From: a virus
Taxonomy: Duplodnaviria > Caudoviricetes
Direction: 5' to 3' (one strand)
Virus record (IMG/VR): IMGVR_UViG_3300024998_000191
Span: 1 to 45,466 of that record
DNA length: 45,466 bases
The notes beneath the pieces were generated by a model. It was not told where the DNA came from and did no database searches. It saw only the letters and a program-made list of their open reading frames with translations. A program made the translations under genes and the position numbers. Below, piece by piece: positions 35,109 through 42,376 of the stretch (within the stretch, counting starts at the first letter, position 1; each line of letters opens with the position of its first letter).

Positions 35109-35354
35109 TTAAACTGCCTTGTCGGGTGGCAGAAAAATGTCAGGCCGCAACACGTGGCGTCTTATTCGTCCGTCAGAGCGTTTGTGGATATAGTCCGCGC
35201 GCTCGGCGGTGATGCGGTAGGCATTCTTCACCATATCAGAGACCCATTGTTGGGAAACGCCAAGGGCTTCAGCCATAAGATGCTGCGTGCCGTAGAATTC
35301 TACCGCCCTCTTGATCTCTTTAACCGCCGCGATGTTATTGCGCACTTTCTTCAT
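35109..35354 (-). CDS. cro: Cro/YdaS-like HTH repressor
   Basis: AV..YGTQ..MAEALGVSQQWVS...LRPDIF; first gene of the leftward operon. Confidence 0.85.
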   Translation of the reverse strand: MKKVRNNIAAVKEIKRAVEFYGTQHLMAEALGVSQQWVSDMVKNAYRITAERADYIHKRSDGRIRRHVLRPDIFLPPDKAV

Positions 35355-35381
35355 GGATAAATAAGTACCATCGATAACTGA

Positions 35382-35469
35382 TACCGGACAAGCGGTAAGA
35401 AAGTGGAGTGGCAAGAAAGCAATAAAATTACCTACAAAGGACTTTCTTGTACCGGGGTTTCGGTATAAT
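35382..35469. promoter_or_regulatory. Divergent promoter region with two TACCG-N6-CGGTA operators and a TATAAT box
   Basis: Palindromes at 35382-35397 and 35450-35465; TATAAT at 35464-35469; AT-rich. Confidence 0.7.
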
Positions 35470-35493
35470 GTTCCGTTATTAAAGGTTGAGGAT

Positions 35494-35688
35494 ATGACGT
35501 ATTTACCGCTCACAACAAATTACCGGAACAGGATGGCAATCGAGTGCGATCCGCTTCAGGAGCTTAGAGCAGCGGCTGATATTCTTCGGAATGAAGGTGA
35601 TATCGAAAGCGCCCGTCTTCTCGGCCTCGTTGTTTTAAGGCGCGAAAGCGAAGCAAACTTCAGGAGCAAGAATGAAAGCGAGCATTAA
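35494..35688 (+). CDS. Hypothetical protein, first gene of the rightward operon
   Basis: RBS GAGG; no HTH or peptidase S24 motif. Confidence 0.55.
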   Translation: MTYLPLTTNYRNRMAIECDPLQELRAAADILRNEGDIESARLLGLVVLRRESEANFRSKNESEH

Positions 35689-35689
35689 T

Positions 35690-35785
35690 ATGACTTGTGA
35701 GCGGCAATTAAGGGCCGAGCGGCGGTTCCTTGATTGGATGTATGCAGCCTTCGCGTTAATCGTGCTCGTGGCGGGTGTGCTGTGA
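35690..35785 (+). CDS. Small membrane peptide (31 aa, MTCERQLRAERRFLDWMYAAFALIVLVAGVL)
   Basis: Starts just after the previous stop; GTGA overlap with the next gene. Confidence 0.45.
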   Translation: MTCERQLRAERRFLDWMYAAFALIVLVAGVL

Positions 35786-35973
35786 GAATTCCTGCAGCAA
35801 TCATGGGCAATCTGATCGCAGCATGCTTCCTCGTGGTAGCAGGCGGAGTATGGATGACGGTCCCCGATCATAAGACCGGCCTGCTGGTCATCCTCGCAAT
35901 GGGGATCACCTCGGTGGCGTCCTTCTCGGCTGGCTTTCTCTACGCAATGGGGGCGCGCCATGCTGGTCAGTGA
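35782..35973 (+). CDS. Small two-TM membrane protein
   Basis: GTG start overlapping the previous stop; two hydrophobic helices. Confidence 0.55.
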   Translation: MRIPAAIMGNLIAACFLVVAGGVWMTVPDHKTGLLVILAMGITSVASFSAGFLYAMGARHAGQ

Positions 35974-36130
35974 GCTTTTAGGGCTTGTAGGCACAGTGCT
36001 TGCGATATGTCTCGCTGCGGTCTTCTGTGTCGGGTTATCGATCTTCGAACTGATCCTCACCTATCGCTGGCCGCTCGTAGTGATCGTGTCGGCCTGGATG
36101 ATCGCGCGCGCGATCGGGGGGCATGTATGA
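35960..36130 (+). CDS. Small membrane protein (56 aa, MLVSELLGLVGTVLAICL...), not in ORF track
   Basis: Overlaps the previous gene; its stop overlaps the ATG of the RecE-like gene. Confidence 0.55.
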   Translation: MLVSELLGLVGTVLAICLAAVFCVGLSIFELILTYRWPLVVIVSAWMIARAIGGHV

Positions 36131-37275
36131 GACACGCACCTCTCTCACATGACGCCATGGAGTGGTCGGAGGTTCAGCGGTTTATCGATGAAGCCGCATC
36201 TCCTGACTACCCGCCGATCGATACAGGCGTGAAGCATGAACCCGGCATCTACTTCGGTATGCCGGAGGCGGAATATCACGCAATACCGGCGCTGTCCTCC
36301 AGCGGGATAAAAAGGCTGCTCATCTCCAACATGGACTTCTGGGCTGAGAGCTGGATGAACCCGCGGTTCGAGGGAAACGAATCCGAGGCGATGGCGCTCG
36401 GCTCGGGATATGGTGTTCGCGTTATGGAGGGAAGGGAAGCATTTTACTCCCGCTACGCTGAGGCGTTTGATAAAGCCGACTATCCAGACGCAGTAAGTAA
36501 GGTCTCGGAATTGACGGCCTGTATCAAGGACTGCGGAATTACGACCGGTCTGAGCAAAATGAACAAGCAGGAATTGATCGATCTGCTCAAGGTCACCGAT
36601 CCTTCGGTTGAAATTCTCGACGAGTTGAAAGCGCAGCACCTTGCCGAACACGATGGCAAGGAGTTTCTCACCGCAGACAAAATCAGAGAGATCGAAATCG
36701 CGGCCTACATGATCGAGAACGATCCGGAGGCCAGCAAGTGCTTCAAGGGCGGCTATCCTGAAGTCACGGTCATCTGGATAGACCCGGTTACACGGGTGCC
36801 GATGAAGGCCCGGTTCGACTTCCTCAAGATCAAGGCAATCGTTGATCTTAAGTCGTTCAGCAATCCAATGGGGAAGTCTCTCTACAACGCCATTGCCGCG
36901 ACGATGGCAAGCCGGAAATACCACATACAGGCCGCGACCTACCTTGAGGCAGATCGGTTCGCGTCAAGGTTTGTGCGGGCAGGCCGAATTTTTGGAGAGG
37001 CCGACCCCGCATGGCTGGAGGCCTATGCCGAAGTCGAGCCCGTCGAACGGTCATTCATCTTCGTCTTCCAGAAGACCGGGATCGCGCCCGTTACTCGCGT
37101 CCGGGAGTTCAGCCGCGTTCTGGAGACCTACAAGGTCGCGGAAGCCTCTGTCCGAGACGCGCAACATCGGTTTGCGAAGTGCTGGCACCACTACGGAACA
37201 GATCCCTGGCTTGATATCAAGCCGATGGAGCAGTTCGGGGATGAAGAGTTCCCTATCCATATCATGGAAATCTAA
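36127..37275 (+). CDS. RecE/ExoVIII-like PD-(D/E)XK exonuclease (DUF3799-like)
   Basis: PGIY......YHA..ALSSSGIK, KARFD, IVDLKS and YHIQAA.Y motifs. Confidence 0.85.
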   Translation: MRHAPLSHDAMEWSEVQRFIDEAASPDYPPIDTGVKHEPGIYFGMPEAEYHAIPALSSSGIKRLLISNMDFWAESWMNPRFEGNESEAMALGSGYGVRVMEGREAFYSRYAEAFDKADYPDAVSKVSELTACIKDCGITTGLSKMNKQELIDLLKVTDPSVEILDELKAQHLAEHDGKEFLTADKIREIEIAAYMIENDPEASKCFKGGYPEVTVIWIDPVTRVPMKARFDFLKIKAIVDLKSFSNPMGKSLYNAIAATMASRKYHIQAATYLEADRFASRFVRAGRIFGEADPAWLEAYAEVEPVERSFIFVFQKTGIAPVTRVREFSRVLETYKVAEASVRDAQHRFAKCWHHYGTDPWLDIKPMEQFGDEEFPIHIMEI

Positions 37276-37289
37276 GAGAAAGAGGAGAG

Positions 37290-38357
37290 ATGTCTGAAGA
37301 CTTCGACTTTAAGATTACAGAAGCAAAGCGCGAAGCTGTCCCGCCGCTAATATCGCTTTGGTCTCAGTCCGGTGGGGGGAAGACTTATTCCGCGCTCCTG
37401 CTGGCACGCGGGATCGTTGGTCCAAACGGCAAGATCGCTGTTGTGGATACGGAGAATGGCCGGGCGAAGTTCTATGCGAACGTGTCCGCACCCTGGTTCC
37501 ACTTAGATCTTCAGCCGCCTTTCACTTCCGAGAAATACAGCGCGGCGTTCAAGTACTGTGAAGACTGGGGGGCGGACATCATCATCGTCGACTCCGGCTC
37601 GCATGTCTGGGAAGGCGAGGGCGGGATCATCGATCAGGCCGAAGCCGGGCGGAGCCGTTCAAACCGCGAGCTGGACGGCCTGGCGAAGTGGAACAAGCCG
37701 AAGATGGCCCACAAGCGCATGATGAACAAACTGACCCGCTCCCCGATACCGGTCATCTTTTGCCTGCGCGCCAAGGATGCATCTAAGCAGATTGGGAAGG
37801 GGAAAGAGGCTGAGATCGTCTCCGTCGGCTGGCAACCGATAGCAGAGAAGAACTTCATCTACGAGATGACGGTCGATCTGCATATGACGAAGGATGGCTA
37901 CTACGACCTTGAGACCTGCAAGACGATCCCCGAGGGGCTGAGGAACATCATCGTCCCGGGTGGAAGGGTCACTGTCGAAATGGGACGCCAGATCGCCGAG
38001 TGGCTGGGTTCTGGTGCTGCTGTGGATCCGGAGTATCTCCGGCTCAAGCGCGACGGCCAGGACAACGCCGTTCAGGGCGTTGAGAAATACAAGGCATGGA
38101 TCGAATCCCTGACTCACGCGCAGAAGGATCTCGTCCGCCACCACCACAAAGAGTGGCAGAAGACCGCCAAGGACGCTGATGCGGGCGAGGAGGGCATCAT
38201 GACTTCCGCGCGCACCTCTCCCTTAGATGATGGGTTCACGCCCAAATCTCGCGGCTGCGACAAGTGCTCCGGGAAGGGGTTTGTCGCGTGGAAGGATGAA
38301 GAGACCGGCGACGAAGGCACCGAGCCTTGCGAGTGCCAGAAAGTCGGGGGGGCGTGA
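37290..38357 (+). CDS. Sak4-like (AAA_24) single-strand annealing ATPase with C-terminal Cys cluster
   Basis: SGGGKTYSAL, DTENG, IIVDSGSH.WEG.GG and F.YEMTV motifs; C-terminal CDKC.G.G...C.C. Confidence 0.85.
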   Translation: MSEDFDFKITEAKREAVPPLISLWSQSGGGKTYSALLLARGIVGPNGKIAVVDTENGRAKFYANVSAPWFHLDLQPPFTSEKYSAAFKYCEDWGADIIIVDSGSHVWEGEGGIIDQAEAGRSRSNRELDGLAKWNKPKMAHKRMMNKLTRSPIPVIFCLRAKDASKQIGKGKEAEIVSVGWQPIAEKNFIYEMTVDLHMTKDGYYDLETCKTIPEGLRNIIVPGGRVTVEMGRQIAEWLGSGAAVDPEYLRLKRDGQDNAVQGVEKYKAWIESLTHAQKDLVRHHHKEWQKTAKDADAGEEGIMTSARTSPLDDGFTPKSRGCDKCSGKGFVAWKDEETGDEGTEPCECQKVGGA

Positions 38358-38713
38358 GACGGAAGAAGATCGATAAGTCCGTCCTCGCCATAGGCATTGC
38401 GACGCGGGTCAGGGATGAGAAGCACCGCCGTTTCATCGCCTCGCTTCCGTGCTGCGTATGCGGCGCTCAACCCCCGACACAAGCCGCGCATATTCGGCTG
38501 ATGGGGGCTGGAGGGACCGGTCTGAAGCCTGGAGATGATCTGTGTGTGCCGATGTGCCCGCAGGACCATCACCAACAGCACCAGATTGGAGAGGTGACGT
38601 TCTGGGGCGGGAAATTCGAGGCGGCGCAGACGCTGGCTGCGGCTCTCTACGGGATCACTGGTGATGGATTGAAAGGGCTTCGGCTCGTCACGGATTTTAG
38701 GTTGAGACGTTAA
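38354..38713 (+). CDS. DUF968-like zinc-binding HNH-type nuclease
   Basis: H..FIASLPCCVCG....AAH...G.G.KP.D...VP.C...H..QH. Confidence 0.8.
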   Translation: MRRKKIDKSVLAIGIATRVRDEKHRRFIASLPCCVCGAQPPTQAAHIRLMGAGGTGLKPGDDLCVPMCPQDHHQQHQIGEVTFWGGKFEAAQTLAAALYGITGDGLKGLRLVTDFRLRR

Positions 38714-38746
38714 CTGCCCTTCGGGGCCAAGAAAGGCAAAGAAGCC

Positions 38747-38968
38747 ATGACTTTGACCGTCGAATTCAAGAAAGCTTCCGAGACTGATGGTCTCATGCCG
38801 TTTCAGGCAAACCTGGTGCTGCTTAAGGCAGATCGAACCCTAATTCAGGGGCAATGGAACGGCCTTGAATTCGTCGATTTCGAGACCGGCGATCCCGTAT
38901 TTGGAGTGGAGGAGTTCGCGGTGCTTGAGCATCCGCTCATGCCTTCAACGCCAACACTGCGTAATTGA
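38747..38968 (+). CDS. Hypothetical protein
   Basis: ORF with RBS GAAAGG. Confidence 0.55.
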   Translation: MTLTVEFKKASETDGLMPFQANLVLLKADRTLIQGQWNGLEFVDFETGDPVFGVEEFAVLEHPLMPSTPTLRN

Positions 38969-38993
38969 TCTAACTATTAACGGAGGAAATGAT

Positions 38994-39362
38994 ATGCATT
39001 TAAGAAAAGCCGCTTTTGCGGCATGCCTGTTGTGCGCCGGCTGTGTGTCGGCCGGAACGCGCGTCACCACTGATCAGGTTGCTGATTTTAAAAGGGGCGA
39101 AGCCACGCTTCATACTGTGCGTGGAGAGCTTGGCGAACCGACCACAATAACCGTCCTCTCCGACGGTTCGGAGACGGACTGCTACACGTTCGTCCAGTCG
39201 GCGGCAAGGCCGGAGAGCTTCATCCCTGTGGCCGGTCTTTTTATCGGCGGCGCGGACTCCCGTGCGGATTCGACGTGCTTCGAGTTCTCGAAGGATGGCG
39301 TCCTGAAAGCGACGACGTCGAGCACTTCCCGTGTCCGGTCCAGATTGGCAGGTGCTCAATGA
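38994..39362 (+). CDS. Lipoprotein, SmpA/OmlA(BamE)-like
   Basis: Lipobox-like CAGC; G.AT...V..ELGEP...Y...F..DGVL motif; RBS GGAGG. Confidence 0.7.
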   Translation: MHLRKAAFAACLLCAGCVSAGTRVTTDQVADFKRGEATLHTVRGELGEPTTITVLSDGSETDCYTFVQSAARPESFIPVAGLFIGGADSRADSTCFEFSKDGVLKATTSSTSRVRSRLAGAQ

Positions 39363-39751
39363 AGCGCACTTTCAGAGCCAAAAAGGGTGGCCCGCAAGCC
39401 GTAGACATCGAGGTCGGCGCGCGCGTACGACAGGAACGCAAGGCACAAGGTATCTCGCAAGAGCGGATCGCTGAAGCGCTCGGGATCACCTTCCAGCAGC
39501 AGCAGAAGTACGAGCGCGGAGCAAACCGGATCAGCGCCAGCCGTCTGAAGGCGATCGCCGACTTCCTCGGTAAGCCGGTGGGGTTCTTCTTCGGAGACGG
39601 CAATCCGGCTCCAGTCACTGCCGACCCGGTCATTGCCGATTGCATTGGCCTGATGCGCGGGTTGGACCATGAAGGCAGGCAGATCGTCAGGAACACGGCG
39701 AAGCTGCTTTCGGTCCGTGCCGATGCTGGCGGGCGGAGAGTTGCGGCATGA
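39359..39751 (+). CDS. XRE-family HTH transcriptional regulator
   Basis: VD..VGARVR..R...GISQE..AEALGITFQQ.QKYERG.NRISASRL. Confidence 0.92.
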   Translation: MKRTFRAKKGGPQAVDIEVGARVRQERKAQGISQERIAEALGITFQQQQKYERGANRISASRLKAIADFLGKPVGFFFGDGNPAPVTADPVIADCIGLMRGLDHEGRQIVRNTAKLLSVRADAGGRRVAA

Positions 39752-40392
39752 AAGCGCGCCCTATCCTATTCAGCGGTCCTATGGTTCGCGCCCTGCTTGA
39801 CGGCATGAAAGTTCAGACGCGGCGGACAAAAGGTCTCGAAGAAATCAACGAGGAGCCAAGCCGATTTGCGTTCGACGGAATGAGGATCCGCGACGGCAAC
39901 CTTTACGCCGATTTTACGGATTTGCTGACAAACAACCCGGTTCACGTAAAGTGTCCCTACGGCCAGCCCGGAGACCTGCTGTGGTGCCGCGAGACATGGC
40001 AATCGCTTGGTTGTCACGAACACCTCAGCCCAAGGGACATACCCGTCGGATCGGATGTTCAATATCCGGCCAGCTATGACGGTTGGGTGAGCAAGCACAG
40101 GCCCAGCATCCACATGCCACGATGGGTAAGCAGGATCACACTGGGATTGACCGACGTTCGCATGGAGCGGTTGCAGGAAGTCAGTCGAGGCGATGCAATG
40201 GCCGAGGGATGCCCGTTTCCAAATCTTAACGGAAAGGCGGTGGGGAAAACAGACCCGATCGCTTGGTTTAGTGACCTCTGGAAGGACATCAACGGTCCCG
40301 AAAGCTGGGACGCCAACCATTGGGTCTGGCCGCTTTCGTTCAACGTCCACGCGGAGAACGTCGATAACTTGCTGAAAGCGAGGGGGCCATGA
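39748..40392 (+). CDS. Conserved phage protein (ASCH/PUA-like)
   Basis: RPILFS.PMVRA.L.G.K.QTRR, CPYG.PGD.LW.RE, PSIHMPRW.SRI.L and SW.AN.WVW motifs. Confidence 0.8.
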   Translation: MKARPILFSGPMVRALLDGMKVQTRRTKGLEEINEEPSRFAFDGMRIRDGNLYADFTDLLTNNPVHVKCPYGQPGDLLWCRETWQSLGCHEHLSPRDIPVGSDVQYPASYDGWVSKHRPSIHMPRWVSRITLGLTDVRMERLQEVSRGDAMAEGCPFPNLNGKAVGKTDPIAWFSDLWKDINGPESWDANHWVWPLSFNVHAENVDNLLKARGP

Positions 40393-40586
40393 AGCGCATT
40401 CACAGCTTCTTCCTCGTGCTGACCGCGGTCGCGGGTATCACCCTGACCATCTCGGCTTCGATCTACAGCTACCGCGCCGGGGTTGCGGCTGGCACGGATA
40501 AGGGCAAAGCTGAAGTATACGAGAAAATCATGGGCGGCGCGGTTTATAATCTCGGCGCCCTGAAAGAACACGGCAGTAAAGGGTGA
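40389..40586 (+). CDS. Small membrane protein
   Basis: N-terminal TM helix; ATGA overlap. Confidence 0.55.
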   Translation: MKRIHSFFLVLTAVAGITLTISASIYSYRAGVAAGTDKGKAEVYEKIMGGAVYNLGALKEHGSKG

Positions 40587-40780
40587 AAAAGGCGAGTCGA
40601 ACAGGAAGTGAGTGGTGTACGCTGCGTGTTTTTCTGGTATTCTTTCTGCGTAAAGCGGTTCGTGTAATTGAGCGGGCTGTTCTCCTGGCCGGAGCGACCT
40701 GGGCACGTCGAAAAAGGCCATTTATTTAAGCGTCGTCAGAACACATGCGGCAGGGCGATTTAACCAAGGAGGAAGAGAAG

Positions 40781-41122
40781 ATGACAGAGAACGAATTCAA
40801 GGCATGGTTTGAGGGATTTTCAGAGGGCATTGACGGGTCGCCTACTGAAAAGCAGTGGGAACGCATCAAGAAACAGGTCAAGTCGATTACAGGAACGCCT
40901 GTCACGGAGCGCGTGTTTGTCGACCGCTATTGGAGGGATAGCCGTCCTTGGTGGGAAGTATCGCCAGTGCGCCCATTTTACGGAGTGCAACTATGCGCAA
41001 ATTCAGCCGCAGGCGCTGGCGACAAAGGCATGAACGCAACATACGAAGCCCCAGCGGAATTCAACAGCGTGAATGCAATGTATACTGCCGGTAAATATGA
41101 CGCGACACATCTTGAATCCTAA
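40781..41122 (+). CDS. Hypothetical phage protein
   Basis: MT..EF.AW.EGF.E...PT..QW..IK motif; RBS AAGGAGG. Confidence 0.65.
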   Translation: MTENEFKAWFEGFSEGIDGSPTEKQWERIKKQVKSITGTPVTERVFVDRYWRDSRPWWEVSPVRPFYGVQLCANSAAGAGDKGMNATYEAPAEFNSVNAMYTAGKYDATHLES

Positions 41123-41250
41123 CCCCTTCGTCACAGCCCACTGCACGGTGGGCTGGAATGAGTGGGCGGCCCGTAAGTTCTGAGCATGGTGCGGAAGACG
41201 CCGTATAAACCAAGCCCCACTCAAGCGCTTTGAATACCTATGGGTTGGAG

Positions 41251-41679
41251 ATGATAAAAGACCCCGTTGACCACATTTTACGGCCGCAGCTGCCATGGCG
41301 CACAGATGGCGGTATTACCGAGTGCGGCTATAACGCTGCAAAGGTTTCGACGCTTACGCGGGAAGAGTATTTTGAGCGCGTTAAAAGCCTCGGCCAGCGC
41401 CGCGCAGCCATGATGACCTGCATGACCTGTTCGGATACGGCAAGCAGGTGGAAGACATGGGAATACGACCCGCGACAGGCCATGCAGCGTGAGCTGACCT
41501 GGGAGGTTGGCAATGGTTATGGCCGCCCTAAGCGAGGATGCCGGTTGAGGGATGAACTACTTGCTATCGCTGCGTTAATTGAGGCGCACAGGAATGAGTT
41601 TGAAAGCCACATTGCGGAGACTGAACAGCGACGTGAGTGGCTGGAAAGGAAAGAGGCTTTAAGCAAGAGATCGAAATGA
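41251..41679 (+). CDS. Hypothetical protein (H/C-containing, possible Zn binding)
   Basis: RBS GGAG; H...CG...CMTC. Confidence 0.6.
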   Translation: MIKDPVDHILRPQLPWRTDGGITECGYNAAKVSTLTREEYFERVKSLGQRRAAMMTCMTCSDTASRWKTWEYDPRQAMQRELTWEVGNGYGRPKRGCRLRDELLAIAALIEAHRNEFESHIAETEQRREWLERKEALSKRSK

Positions 41680-41726
41680 TAACCGCTTTGAAGGCTTGCC
41701 ATCCATCTGACGCGGGTGGCAAGCAT

Positions 41727-41914
41727 TGAGGGCGGCAGCGTGAAGAAATCGCAAACACGCAACATGACGATGTTGGTCGGCGATATGCGGAAGCAGAACC
41801 GATCGCGGAGCCTGGATGACCACGCTTAGCGGCCTCTGGTTAACAGGTGCGACACGTATGATACCGGTTCGAATCCGGTCGTGCCAAGCCGGAGTAGCGG
41901 CCGGCCCGCCCTCA
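41727..41914 (+). ncRNA. tRNA-like structure containing a nested degenerate tRNA (41813-41886)
   Basis: 9-bp closing stem, D-like and T-like arms; inner canonical T-arm ACCGG-TTCGAAT-CCGGT. Confidence 0.5.
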
Positions 41915-41944
41915 GCAAATCTGACCTTAAGCGGAGCCAGCGAC

Positions 41945-42376
41945 GTGGAAAAATTCGACGACTATCTTGCCTCCACTTCATGCGCGCCGAAAGTCAGAGC
42001 TAATGTCTACAGAATAAAGCCTGATCTCCTCAAGCTATATGAAATGGATGCTGAGAAAATTCAGCGGATCAGGAGGCGACTGAACGACCTGGCGCGGAAG
42101 CTGGGGCCGCACAAAAAGCAATACGTTTTCGCGGTGCTATGCATCGTCAAGAAGATTGGTGCTGATGTCTCCAACTCGTCTGGAGCATTCCAGCCGTATG
42201 ATGCTCACGTCGTCAGCGATCACGCATTCTGCCGGGCACTCGAACGATTCTACGGCGTGGATGTTAGGGCGATGAAGGACCAGATTAAGAGAGAGTTGGT
42301 TGACGATGAGCGCGCTGTTCCTGTGAAATCAGACGGGAAGATTATCACGTTCCTGCCGGCTACGCCGCCGGCCTGA
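41945..42376 (+). CDS. Hypothetical protein with a possible RelE-like C-terminal motif
   Basis: GTG start with RBS GGAG; VSDHA..R.LER..G.DV...DG.IIT motif. Confidence 0.55.
   Translation: MEKFDDYLASTSCAPKVRANVYRIKPDLLKLYEMDAEKIQRIRRRLNDLARKLGPHKKQYVFAVLCIVKKIGADVSNSSGAFQPYDAHVVSDHAFCRALERFYGVDVRAMKDQIKRELVDDERAVPVKSDGKIITFLPATPPA

Larger units (their letters stand above)
1..42376. mobile_element. Tailed phage/prophage genome (siphovirus-like); no integrase seen
   Basis: Complete head, tail, lysis, replication and recombination modules in lambdoid order. Confidence 0.9.

Noticed and set aside
41813-41886. Functional tRNA (Asn or ochre suppressor)
   Set aside because: Bulged acceptor stem, poor D-arm and no U33; kept only as a tRNA-like element.
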